64,000 bases of DNA, taken from contig JAUVNS010000001.1 in the NCBI GenBank assembly GCA_030599585.1, forward strand, positions 160,001 through 224,000, given 5' to 3'. The notes beneath the pieces were generated by a model, which worked only from the letters and a program-made list of their open reading frames with translations, made no database searches and was not told the origin of the DNA. The DNA is from Promethearchaeota archaeon. GTDB taxonomy: Archaea > Asgardarchaeota > Lokiarchaeia > Sigyniarchaeales > SOKP01. A program made the translations under genes and the position numbers. Shown piece after piece: positions 30,835 through 40,977 of this stretch (position 1 is its first letter; each line of letters starts with the position of its first letter).

Positions 30835-31437
30835 ATGGTTAATATCGAACCTTCTTTTGAAATCGATGAGAAAGGACGAGTAATCTGCCAATCTCACTCA
30901 AAGTATCCACTTTTTCTCCAACCAAATAAAACTCCCATTGAGGAAAGACAGATGGAGAACGAATTAACATGTCTTACATGTTCACACTATGAAAATGACG
31001 AATGTTATTTTCCGAAGGCTGAAATTGATAAAATAGAGTTGGATAGGTTAACTAGGTCACGATTTCAATGCAATCTCTGTGGAAATAAAATTGACCTTCC
31101 AATCACGATCATGCAAAAAATTTATTACGAAGTTAAATTCAACATGAAAATGCCTTTGGTTTGTTGTAATTGCTTTGAGAGCCTAAAAAAGAAGAAATTT
31201 GATGATTATTTTCTCAAAAGAATTTGGGAATCACTCAGTTTCTATCTACCTAGTATCTTATTGCTAATCAATCCTTTTCCACTTAATGTTATTGCAGTTT
31301 TAGGATATGTAGCTATCGTTATTGTATTTAAAGTAATTATCAAGCTAAAATTTCATTACAGCCTTTTTTTAGTGGATTTAATAAAGGGAAAAAAGTTTTA
31401 CGATAAGAATTTTAAGGATAAAATTGAGTCAACCTAA
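30835..31437 (+). CDS. Cys-rich (zinc-finger-like) protein with C-terminal TM hairpin
   Basis: CQSH, CLTC..C, CNLC, CCNC, then two hydrophobic segments. Confidence 0.7.
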   Translation: MVNIEPSFEIDEKGRVICQSHSKYPLFLQPNKTPIEERQMENELTCLTCSHYENDECYFPKAEIDKIELDRLTRSRFQCNLCGNKIDLPITIMQKIYYEVKFNMKMPLVCCNCFESLKKKKFDDYFLKRIWESLSFYLPSILLLINPFPLNVIAVLGYVAIVIVFKVIIKLKFHYSLFLVDLIKGKKFYDKNFKDKIEST

Positions 31438-32541
31438 ATTTCCAGCCCATCCCCTTACTTTTTTTCGCATTTTCTTTTGTTTTGCGATAATAAGGTCAAG
31501 CTCTTGATTAGATTTGTTTTTTAAATTCTCGATTTCTGGTACAAATTGATATTTAACAAAATAGTTTTTGATTTCTTTTGATATTAATTCTTCAGGGATA
31601 TCATTAGGATTTGTATAAAAATTGTTGTAGTTTTTCTCCCATAAGTCAAGAAAACTCTCAATAGAATCCTTATATTCAAAAATTGGTAGCGTTCCCAGAT
31701 TATTTACTGTAGTAATAGCAACATTTGCCCTCCCTACAGTAAAACGATTACCGTTAAAAGAAACTGCTATTCCACCTTCGTCCTTTAATCGTTGAAGCAT
31801 ATTAATATCGGTAATTGAGTCCCCTAGCGCAACAATCTCAGAAATTGGAACATTAGTCTCTTTTGATATTGTTTCAACGGCTAATTCTTTTCTAGTACCT
31901 CCTCTGACTTGAACTTGATTCATTGCCTTAATATAATCAGATTCTCGTTTGTTCCAAAAAAATTCGTTTAGATTTTCTAATACTGAGCTTAATTTTTTAT
32001 CGTTAGTCAAAAATTGTTGGAAGATATTTTTAACTAAAAAATTTACATCACTTTTAATGTTCAAGAAAGATTTAGCTGCCTTATTTAGGTCTAATTCAGT
32101 ACAAAATACATGATCTTGCGGTATGTTTAAATTTTTTGCAACGGTGTTAGCAAAATGTGTATAACTTGTCGATATAATGTATATATCCCATTTCTTCTTA
32201 AGAATCTTCATTAATTCTGTACACCCCGGTAGCAGTCCTAAGTTCTGTTCTGCTAAACTAATTAGTTCCTTATCTGAAAAACAAGACATATATAAAGGTG
32301 CAACTAATCTTAAGGTATCGCCCGGTTGGTAATCATCAATATTTAATTCTTCTTTTACGCCCGGAATCTCAATGAGATAATCGTCATACTCAGAAAGCAT
32401 CTCGAAAAGTGCGCCGAAGTCAAAATCTTGTAATTCGAGAATAGGCTTTTGGTTTAATAATCGACTCAACTCCGCCGCGAAGTCCAATGTGCTCACAGGA
32501 CCTTCCAAGTCCCAGCAACAAACGTTTTTAACCTTCAACAT
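31429..32541 (-). CDS. HAD-superfamily hydrolase, EhaR-like
   Basis: WDLEGPVS, SEYDDYL, YQPGDTLRL, ISTSY, GDSITDINML, SFNGN. Confidence 0.85.
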   Translation of the reverse strand: MLKVKNVCCWDLEGPVSTLDFAAELSRLLNQKPILELQDFDFGALFEMLSEYDDYLIEIPGVKEELNIDDYQPGDTLRLVAPLYMSCFSDKELISLAEQNLGLLPGCTELMKILKKKWDIYIISTSYTHFANTVAKNLNIPQDHVFCTELDLNKAAKSFLNIKSDVNFLVKNIFQQFLTNDKKLSSVLENLNEFFWNKRESDYIKAMNQVQVRGGTRKELAVETISKETNVPISEIVALGDSITDINMLQRLKDEGGIAVSFNGNRFTVGRANVAITTVNNLGTLPIFEYKDSIESFLDLWEKNYNNFYTNPNDIPEELISKEIKNYFVKYQFVPEIENLKNKSNQELDLIIAKQKKMRKKVRGWAGNLG

Positions 32542-32662
32542 TGATCAATTTTAGTGTTAATAAGGAGAATGTAAAGATTTAGGCTATATGAGGTTTGCTA
32601 AGAATATTATTAAGGATTTATTATATACAAGAGAAGACGATAAAAATGGTTTAAGTGGGAGA

Positions 32663-33154
32663 TTACTTTGATGTTTTAAAAATATCCTGAATCGATCGTT
32701 CTTTTTGATTCCTTATTACAATTTCACGCCAATTAGGTTGAATTATATCAAATGCATTTTGAGCTAATTGAAGAAGTTGATCATCTGAGGAATTTAAATA
32801 GTGACTTACGAATTCTAAAGCTCTTTTATCCTTAATTCGAGTTAAACTTTCAAGAATAAAAATAATCCTTAGTTTATCTGATTCACTTTCTGATTTTTTC
32901 ATTTCGATTTCAAACTTTTCTAATATACCTAATGTGGCTCTACCGTCTCCAATTCGACCTAACGCTTCTATGATTCTGTTAACTACATTTGGGTTTGTTT
33001 CAGTTTTTAACGCACGACATAATAGGTTAACAGATCTACCATCTCTAAGAAAGCCTACTTGTCTTGCTGATTCGGCTCTTTTCTCAGAATCCTTGTCGTG
33101 AAGCATCTGTTTTATTAGATTATTAAAATTTTTGTTCTTAGCATGCCAAGCCAT
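32663..33154 (-). CDS. HEAT-repeat protein
   Basis: IIEALGRIGDGRA, LESLTRIKDKRA repeats. Confidence 0.8.
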   Translation of the reverse strand: MAWHAKNKNFNNLIKQMLHDKDSEKRAESARQVGFLRDGRSVNLLCRALKTETNPNVVNRIIEALGRIGDGRATLGILEKFEIEMKKSESESDKLRIIFILESLTRIKDKRALEFVSHYLNSSDDQLLQLAQNAFDIIQPNWREIVIRNQKERSIQDIFKTSK

Positions 33155-33252
33155 AATCTATGTAGATTTAAAATCGAAATTATTATAATTTGATCTTTAT
33201 AATATATAATTCTGCGAGTAATTTATCAGTATTTCAATATTTGCGTCAGACG

Positions 33253-34575
33253 CTATTGTAAGAGAGAGTTCATGTGATCTATCCTTTTTTGTAGTAGCTT
33301 TGCCGTTCCAATATCTTTTCTGTAAAATAGTTTACCACTAATGCATCCAACTCCTTGTTCAGCAACCTTTTCAGCGCTTTCTAAATCGTTAGCAACCCCA
33401 ATAATCCCCATGGCTCTCGATGATGTAGTGTAAACATTTCCTCCTTCTCTGTAAACAGATGCGTAGTAATACTTTGCACCAAGTTGTTTCAGTTTCTCCT
33501 TATTTATTATTACTAGTTCATTCTTTTGTGGAGACATAGGGTATCCTTTGGGAGCTAAATACTTGCAAACTGTAGCTTTATTTTCAAATTGGATGTCAGA
33601 TTTTAAATTACCATTAATAATTCCCATACAAATATCGATAAAATTGGTTTTTAACAGAGGTAATATGTTCATTGCTTCAGGATCTCCAAGCCTTGCGTTA
33701 AATTCAATTAATTTAATACCTTTAGCAGTTTTAATATAGCCCCCATACAGAAATCCTTTATATTCAACTCCTGTTTCTGCCTTAGTTGCTGCTACTACTT
33801 TCTTCATATCTTCTATTGCTTCGTCTACATCTTCCTGAGATATAAAGGGCATCAGATGGTTTTCCATTGAATAACTACCCATACCTCCGGTGTTTGGTCC
33901 CGCATCGTCTTCATATGCTCTCTTATGATCTTGAACTAAGGGAGTAGCTACTACATTTTTTCCATCAACAAATGTTTGAAGAGTAAATTCTTCTCCATCG
34001 ACTTTTTCCTCGAGTAGAATAGAAGCCTTTTGATCGATTAAAGTTTGACAGTAATCTAAAATATCTTGCTTAGAAAAAAGATGATCTCCATAGACCTTTA
34101 CACCCTTTCCTCCAGTCAGGCCATCTGGTTTAACTACAATATTTTCTTCACCTAAATCTTTAATGAAACTCTCTATATTTTCCATTGATCTGAAGCTTTT
34201 ACTTACAATATTGGATGTGATTTTGTATTTTTCCAAAAGATTACGTGTAAATATTTTCGAACCTTCTAATTGAGCGGCCTCAATTCTAGGACCGACGCAA
34301 GGAATTCCGCTCTTTTCCAAAGCATCAACAACACCAACGACAAGAGGCGCTTCTGGACCAATAACAGCGAAATCTATATTATTTTTTTTAGAAAATTCAA
34401 TAATTTCACTGAAATCTGTTTCAGAGTGAATTTTTATCTTTCCTTGGCTTAAGTCTTCTAAACCCGCGTTTTTAGAACTCATGAACGCGTATAAAATTGC
34501 TCCATCCCTTACTAAAGTCTCTCCTAGTACATGTTCTCTAGCTCCATGTCCAATTATAAGAGTTTTGACTGTCAA
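33253..34575 (-). CDS. purD: Phosphoribosylamine--glycine ligase
   Basis: IGHGAREH, GPEAPL, LEGSK, KPDGLTGGKGV, QDHKRAYEDDAGPNTGGMG, EFNARLGDPE. Confidence 0.96.
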   Translation of the reverse strand: MTVKTLIIGHGAREHVLGETLVRDGAILYAFMSSKNAGLEDLSQGKIKIHSETDFSEIIEFSKKNNIDFAVIGPEAPLVVGVVDALEKSGIPCVGPRIEAAQLEGSKIFTRNLLEKYKITSNIVSKSFRSMENIESFIKDLGEENIVVKPDGLTGGKGVKVYGDHLFSKQDILDYCQTLIDQKASILLEEKVDGEEFTLQTFVDGKNVVATPLVQDHKRAYEDDAGPNTGGMGSYSMENHLMPFISQEDVDEAIEDMKKVVAATKAETGVEYKGFLYGGYIKTAKGIKLIEFNARLGDPEAMNILPLLKTNFIDICMGIINGNLKSDIQFENKATVCKYLAPKGYPMSPQKNELVIINKEKLKQLGAKYYYASVYREGGNVYTTSSRAMGIIGVANDLESAEKVAEQGVGCISGKLFYRKDIGTAKLLQKRIDHMNSLLQ

Positions 34576-34686
34576 ATTTTTTACTCTCCTTTATTTGAAT
34601 TTCTTTTGAGTATTAAGATTATAATTGAATTTAAATTGTTTTGCATCAAATTTAAAGTAATTATTAATCAAAGATTATGAAGTCTA

Positions 34687-35367
34687 CTACGCTGACTTCT
34701 CGCTTAAAAAATATAAATATTTGTTATCAATCTTTTTTTTAACAATTACATCGTATTTTTCAAGGAGGATGAGATATTTTGCAAGAGTGTTCATATGCAT
34801 ATTTAATTTTTGCGATAAATTCGTTTTTGTAATCCCTAAATTGTCTTTTTTCATGAAGCTAATAATCTTCTGACTTTTTTCTTTCGTAGTAAAATAAGTA
34901 GAGCTTATGTCTTCAATTTCTGTGGTTGCATCAAAATATATCTCGTGGTTCTCTAAGATTTTTTTGGAAATGAAATCGAATTTCAATAACATACTTAGGT
35001 GCCAAACAACGATGTGGTTACCATAATTTAACTCGTGGAGAATTTTGTTAAAATAAGTTCCTGGATTTTTGATGATAAATTCGTAAATTTCCTTCCGCTT
35101 TTCATTATTCAATATCTCACCCTTAATTAACTTAGAGCCTTCTACAATTAATTTTTTGTTTGTAAGAGATATCAAAATTTTCCTAACTCCCTCGTTGCTA
35201 ATATTTATAGAACTCAGTCTAATTCTTGAATTTATATACGGAAGAATTTCTTCAAACGTGAATTGACGATTTTTATTCAAATAATCGTGGACAATGGCTA
35301 AAATGATTTTTTCTTCTTCAACCAGCTCTAGTACCATATTATGTATAAAGCCTCTTAGTATCGTCAA
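34687..35367 (-). CDS. Multi-winged-helix transcriptional regulator
   Basis: ILNNEKRKEIYEFIIKNPGTYF...WHLSMLLKF and ITKTNLSQKLNMHMNTLAKYLILLE wHTH units; overlaps upstream membrane gene. Confidence 0.82.
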   Translation of the reverse strand: MTILRGFIHNMVLELVEEEKIILAIVHDYLNKNRQFTFEEILPYINSRIRLSSINISNEGVRKILISLTNKKLIVEGSKLIKGEILNNEKRKEIYEFIIKNPGTYFNKILHELNYGNHIVVWHLSMLLKFDFISKKILENHEIYFDATTEIEDISSTYFTTKEKSQKIISFMKKDNLGITKTNLSQKLNMHMNTLAKYLILLEKYDVIVKKKIDNKYLYFLSEKSA

Positions 35368-36718
35368 GTCTACTTTTCTTCTGTTGCTCAGATTTATTTA
35401 TCATTTCTTTGAAGACTGCATCTCTTTCCTCTGGGGTTAAAGCTATCATTTCTCGGATAAAATCTATTAAATCGTCCTCTTCCCAATCGAAAGTATTGAT
35501 AACTTTGAAAAAATCTTCTGAGAGTGCTGTTGCTTTTATATCCTCAATGTTTGATATGTTGTCAGCTGATAATTCTTTTAATTGAAATAATAGTCGTTTA
35601 TTATCGAGTAAAGCATCTAATCTTTTCGAATCATATTTCACATTACTGAAAGTTCCATCGATAATTTTATTAGTATCTAGTTCCTTATAATGGCCTGAAA
35701 AAATACGCTCCTTGTAGTGAATTACAGTATAACCAATGCTTATACTCAGCGAGCTTAATATGGCTATTAAAATGAATAGGAATAGCGGATTATCGATAAT
35801 ACTCTTAATTTTAAAAATACCTGCGATTCCTACCTTAGGATCGTGATAAATATGTGTACCTCGAGGGTAGACAAGATAGACTTTTTGCTCGTCTCCGTCG
35901 TAATCGTCAACATCTAAATCACTCATTAATACTTCTTTCGAAATTCCGTCAATAGTAGCGTTATTTTTCCACGTAAAAATTCCTGTAAAATTATTCATTT
36001 CAGAGATGAGTCCCTTCTCGTTAGTAGCATATTCCCTTATTTCGTCTTCTGTTTCTTCTTCCTCTTCATAATCATTTTCAGATTCTAAAGAAGTATACAA
36101 TGCAAGTTGAGAACTAATGTTGATATAAGAAAAATTTGTTATTTCTATGTCTATTTTCGATTGAACAGGAGTTATTAAAGTACCATTGACTATGTGAAAT
36201 TCTTCGGAAAAGTAAATATGAGCGGTGAAAACTCCGTTTGTTGTATTAATAACAAAATAATGAAGGACAGTATTATCAGTAATATTTATCTGAGTATATT
36301 TAACTGGTAGAAAATCGGTCAGATTAAATTCCTGTATTGTATCATCAATTACGGGATCGTATATAGAATTACTATCTATATCAACAAATTCAACGAGTTT
36401 CCGAAAGATTATTCCAAATTCTAATTCTAATTCAGTAGAAGCTATTTCAGATTCATAACTGACTTCTATGCTCAATCCTTCGCTGTCCATTATTACTTTC
36501 AGCTGGATTTCGTCTATTCGATCTCCGCTTCTTAAAGACGATTCAATTTGAATTTGACTAGTCTCTATTTCAATGCTAATGTCTCTTTTATTTAGATCTT
36601 CAAAGTCGTCATCAATTCCATCGTCATCATCGTCAGAAGCAGCAGCATAACTAAAATTGAGACTTAATAATGATATTCCAATTAGAATCATTACAAAAAT
36701 GTAACTTTTCTTGCTCAA
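35339..36718 (-). CDS. Secreted acidic-domain membrane protein with TM and cytoplasmic C-terminal domain
   Basis: Signal peptide, DDDDDGIDDDFE, FRKLVEFVDIDSNSIYD, YHDP, TM, then ~125-aa cytoplasmic tail. Confidence 0.8.
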   Translation of the reverse strand: MSKKSYIFVMILIGISLLSLNFSYAAASDDDDDGIDDDFEDLNKRDISIEIETSQIQIESSLRSGDRIDEIQLKVIMDSEGLSIEVSYESEIASTELELEFGIIFRKLVEFVDIDSNSIYDPVIDDTIQEFNLTDFLPVKYTQINITDNTVLHYFVINTTNGVFTAHIYFSEEFHIVNGTLITPVQSKIDIEITNFSYINISSQLALYTSLESENDYEEEEETEDEIREYATNEKGLISEMNNFTGIFTWKNNATIDGISKEVLMSDLDVDDYDGDEQKVYLVYPRGTHIYHDPKVGIAGIFKIKSIIDNPLFLFILIAILSSLSISIGYTVIHYKERIFSGHYKELDTNKIIDGTFSNVKYDSKRLDALLDNKRLLFQLKELSADNISNIEDIKATALSEDFFKVINTFDWEEDDLIDFIREMIALTPEERDAVFKEMINKSEQQKKSRLDDTKRLYT

Positions 36719-36867
36719 TTTTTATTACACTCTCACGAATTATTTTTTCATTTCAATTTTTTTGATAAATCTCATAAATCGGCAACTTTAATTTTATTTT
36801 TACAGACTTGATTAAAAACCTTTAGCTTAAATAAAATAATAAAAAAAAATTATGTTGTGTTAGGTAT

Positions 36868-37896
36868 TTATTTGATGTTTCGTCGTCGTCTGAGTACTAC
36901 AACTAATATAGCGCCAACTATTCCTACAATTGATATAATAGATACAATGACTACAATAGGCAATTCAAATGGTGCTGCAGGAAATTCCATAACTCCCATT
37001 ATAGGATCGTGATATATGTGACTACCGCGAGGATAATTCAAATACATTTTCTGTTCATTTTCATCGTCGTCATCTACTTCAATAGGACTTCCTAAAACTA
37101 CTTTAGAAACGCCATCAATTGTAGCATTTTCGGTCCAAGTGAAAAATCCAGCAAAATCAGTACCATATATGATTACCCCCGTTTCATCAGAGGCGTGTCC
37201 TTCTTCTTCATTTTCAGTGTGCTCATCTTCTTCATATTCCACTTCAGATTCTAATTTCGTATATAAAGCAAGTTGAGAGGATCCGTTGATATAATTAAAG
37301 TCAGTAATTTCAATATCAATCTTCGTTTGCGTAGGCTTGATGAAAGTTCCATTAACGATATCAAATTCTTCTACTAAGTAAATGTGAGCCGCAAATACGC
37401 CATCGGTCGTGTTAACAATGAAATAGTGAAGCAATGTATCACCAGATATATTTATTGGAGTGTAAATAGCAGGTTGGAAACTGTCTAAAAGAACCTCTTG
37501 GATTGTATCATCAATTGATGAATTGTAAATCCCATTATCATCCATATCAACGAATTCGATTAATTTTCGAAAAGTTACTTCAAATTCTATTTCGAACTCA
37601 GTTGAATTTTCCGAAGTCATTTCAGATTCATAACTAATTTCTACACTTAACCCTTCGCTTTCAAACGTTAGCTTTAATTGAATTTCGTCTTTTTTAGCCC
37701 CATTTCTCATGGAGGACTCAATTTGGATTTGATTTGGTTCAAATTCAATGCTGATATCCCGCTTATTTGATTCCTCGAAGTCATCGTCAATTCCGTCATC
37801 GTCATCATCGCTAGCAGAAACTAAACTCGATGCGCTCGTAAGAACTAAAATACCTAAAAGTACTATCCCAATTAGATTGTAATTCTTTAATTTCAT
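36868..37896 (-). CDS. Secreted acidic-domain protein with C-terminal TM anchor (paralogue of 35339..36718)
   Basis: Same DDDDDGIDDDFE / FRKLIEFVD / KIDIEITDF / YPRGxHIYHDP blocks; TM + RRRR. Confidence 0.8.
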   Translation of the reverse strand: MKLKNYNLIGIVLLGILVLTSASSLVSASDDDDDGIDDDFEESNKRDISIEFEPNQIQIESSMRNGAKKDEIQLKLTFESEGLSVEISYESEMTSENSTEFEIEFEVTFRKLIEFVDMDDNGIYNSSIDDTIQEVLLDSFQPAIYTPINISGDTLLHYFIVNTTDGVFAAHIYLVEEFDIVNGTFIKPTQTKIDIEITDFNYINGSSQLALYTKLESEVEYEEDEHTENEEEGHASDETGVIIYGTDFAGFFTWTENATIDGVSKVVLGSPIEVDDDDENEQKMYLNYPRGSHIYHDPIMGVMEFPAAPFELPIVVIVSIISIVGIVGAILVVVLRRRRNIK

Positions 37897-38295
37897 TATA
37901 ATTTTCTCCTAATTTCAATTTTTAATATAGATGTCATTATAAAATAGATCTTCAGATTCCTCTAATAAAGCAACATGGTAAAATTGTGAACTACGATATT
38001 ATCAACAAGGTCTTTCAAGCTAACCATTATTCCCAAGCAAATAGTTATCTTTTATTTATGCTTGTTTTTCTAAAAATAATTACAGAATTGAGTTAATAAT
38101 ATTTTAATTTGAAAATTGATTTCTAAAAGGAAAATTAGGAAGAAAACCCTTATAATTTGAAAAATTTGGTTATTAAATAACTAATCTGACTCTTTTTAAA
38201 GGAGAAAGTAATTAAATATTTAATTAAAGTCTTCATTTAAAACTTTGATATAGGAATTATCTATGTAAATTTAAATTTAGGATGACTGAAGTATT

Positions 38296-40929
38296 ATGAA
38301 AGCTAAAGGTATTCTCGCTCTAACAGACGAAAAATTAAGATGTTCTGCTATGCCATTAGGAGGAATAGGTACAGGCACAATTGCACTTGGAGGAGATGGA
38401 CTTCTAAAGCAATGGCAAATAACAAACACAGTAAACCATCGCGCCTTCGTGCCTAACAGTTTTTTCGCTGTAAGAACTCGTACATTGAGTAGCTCGAATG
38501 AAAAATCAATTTCACGAGCGCTTATATGTACTAAACCTCACGATGCTATTGATTTTATACCCGCTAAATCTGTTAGTGATCATATAATCACTAAAAATAT
38601 GAAAGAGTTCTTTGGTAAATTACCTCAAGTTGAAAATATTATTTATGATGGCGAATACCCCTTTTCATTCTTAAAGTTTGAAGATTCTAAACTTCCTGTT
38701 GAAATCAGATTAACCGCATTTAACCCTTTTATCCCCTTAGATGCAAAAAATTCGGGATTGCCTTTAATTGTATTTCAATTTCGCATTAAAAATATCTCAA
38801 ATGAGCCAATTGAAGCAATTATTTTAGGAAATTTGTTTAATTTCTTAGGATGGGACGGTTTGAAAACTATTAGAGGTGAATCTCATCCCCTTTTTGGTGG
38901 TAATTATAACATTCATAAGAAAATAGGTGAGTGGAACGCTATATATATGAGATCAAAAATACTTCTTAAATCAGATAAGCGATATGGTAATTTAACACTT
39001 GCAACCGATCAACAACATGTTTCGGTATCACCTCAATGGGATAATTTGGATAATTTTTGGTCCAACTTTATAGAAAAAGGTACTCTGTTAAGAAGCGAAT
39101 TAGAAGAAGCAAGTGATATTGGGAGAACTTGGACTGGAAGTCTAGCTGTTAAAAAAAAAATGAAACCTAACGAGGAAAAAGTGATCACATTTTTTATTGC
39201 TTGGAGTTTTCCAAATCGTCTTGTTGACTGGCATCTCAATTCTGCATTAATTAACGATTTTCAATCTGAGTTTTGGATTGGAAACCAATATAATAAGTGG
39301 TTCAAGAATTCTTCAGAAGTTATCAAATATGTTAAACTCAATTTTCAATACCTTTCGAATTACACTTCCAAATTCCACGATGCGTTTTTTTCCAGCACTT
39401 TACCGCCTGAAGTTTTAACTTCAATTTCCGCTAATTTTTCGACAATCAGAACGCCTACTTGCTTGTGGATTGGAGATGGATCTTTTCACGGATTTGAAGG
39501 ATGTCATGGGGCTTCTACGGGTGGAAAGTCTGGAGGATGTTGCCCATTAAATTGCACCCATGTATGGAACTACGAGTTTAGCTTAGCTCATTTATTTCCT
39601 ACTTTAGAAAGGTCAATGAGAGAAACAGAATTTAAAACCCAACATAAATTGGGGTATTTACCACACCGTACTGTTATTCCTTTATACTTACCTCAATTTG
39701 GGGAAACACCAGATTTCGGTGATGTTCCACCTGCAATTGATGGAATGTTTGGTATGATTCTTAAAATTTATCGCGATTATTTAATAACTAGAGATCTTGA
39801 TTTTCTAAAAAATTCATGGAGCTACATTCAAAAATTAATGGAGTATATCTTAAAAGAATATTATGTTGATTTTGAAGGAACAATAACTCGCGCACAACCT
39901 AACACTTATGACTGCTCTATCTACGGTTTCAATACTTTTGTAGGATCACTTAATCTTACTGCGCTACTTGCCTGCGAGAAAATCGCTTTAGAGTTAAATC
40001 TTCTTGATTGGGCGGATAGATGTAAGAAATTATATAATTTTAGTCAACAAATTGTAGATAAGGAGTGTTGGAACGGTGAATTTTACATCCAAAAGTACGA
40101 CGAAAAGAAGGTTAAAGAGTTTCAATATGGCATTGGATGTTTCTCAGATCAATTACTTGGGCAATGGTGGGCGTTTCATTTAGGCTTGGGATTTATATTT
40201 CCTAAAGAACATGTCCAACAAGCTATAAAATCAATTGTCAAATATAATTATAAAGAAACTCTTAATGGATTAAAACAAACTCCGAGAGAATTTGCTTCTA
40301 ATTATGATTCGGGTTTGCTGACTTGTAGTTGGCCAAATGGAGGTAAGCCTGAAACCCCAACACTGTACACGGACGAAGTTTGGACAGGGATTGAATACGA
40401 AGTTGCTGCGCTCTGTTTTTACATCGGAGAAATTGAGTCGGGTTTGAAAATAGTAAAAGCAGTTAGAGATAGATACGATGGAACTCATCGGAATCCTTGG
40501 AACGAGGTAGAATGTGGCGATCACTATGTAAGAGCTATGTCTTCTTGGACCTTACTCCATGCTTTAACAGGAATATCGTATTCTTCAAAGTTAAATCAAA
40601 TATCCTTATCTCCTAAATTAAATCAGCGAGAATTTCAATCGTTTTTTATTACTAAATCAGCTTGGGGTAGAGTATTTCAAAAAATTACGCAAAAAACGCT
40701 TGTTTGCTCCATAGCAATCTCTTACGGAACTTTGAAGTTGAGTTCGATAAAGATTGATTTAAAAAACGATTTTAAGGACGTAAAAATAAGTAAATCTACC
40801 ATTATTTCAGAAGGATTTTCTCAAGACGTAAGTGTAACGCAAATTTTCAATAGTTCGATTATTGAAATTTCATTTGATGAACCCTTGAATCTAAACGAAA
40901 AAGACCAACTTCGTTTAGAATTTGAATGA
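38296..40929 (+). CDS. Glycoside hydrolase family 116 (GBA2-like)
   Basis: MPLGGIGTGTI, EYPF, CCPLNCTHVWNY, NTYD, DQLLGQWWA, DEVWTGIEY, RNPWNEVECGDHYVRAMSSW. Confidence 0.92.
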   Translation: MKAKGILALTDEKLRCSAMPLGGIGTGTIALGGDGLLKQWQITNTVNHRAFVPNSFFAVRTRTLSSSNEKSISRALICTKPHDAIDFIPAKSVSDHIITKNMKEFFGKLPQVENIIYDGEYPFSFLKFEDSKLPVEIRLTAFNPFIPLDAKNSGLPLIVFQFRIKNISNEPIEAIILGNLFNFLGWDGLKTIRGESHPLFGGNYNIHKKIGEWNAIYMRSKILLKSDKRYGNLTLATDQQHVSVSPQWDNLDNFWSNFIEKGTLLRSELEEASDIGRTWTGSLAVKKKMKPNEEKVITFFIAWSFPNRLVDWHLNSALINDFQSEFWIGNQYNKWFKNSSEVIKYVKLNFQYLSNYTSKFHDAFFSSTLPPEVLTSISANFSTIRTPTCLWIGDGSFHGFEGCHGASTGGKSGGCCPLNCTHVWNYEFSLAHLFPTLERSMRETEFKTQHKLGYLPHRTVIPLYLPQFGETPDFGDVPPAIDGMFGMILKIYRDYLITRDLDFLKNSWSYIQKLMEYILKEYYVDFEGTITRAQPNTYDCSIYGFNTFVGSLNLTALLACEKIALELNLLDWADRCKKLYNFSQQIVDKECWNGEFYIQKYDEKKVKEFQYGIGCFSDQLLGQWWAFHLGLGFIFPKEHVQQAIKSIVKYNYKETLNGLKQTPREFASNYDSGLLTCSWPNGGKPETPTLYTDEVWTGIEYEVAALCFYIGEIESGLKIVKAVRDRYDGTHRNPWNEVECGDHYVRAMSSWTLLHALTGISYSSKLNQISLSPKLNQREFQSFFITKSAWGRVFQKITQKTLVCSIAISYGTLKLSSIKIDLKNDFKDVKISKSTIISEGFSQDVSVTQIFNSSIIEISFDEPLNLNEKDQLRLEFE

Positions 40930-40977
40930 TTAGAAATAAAAAATATGATTGGATATTTTTTTCGAGGTTTGTGCGTC

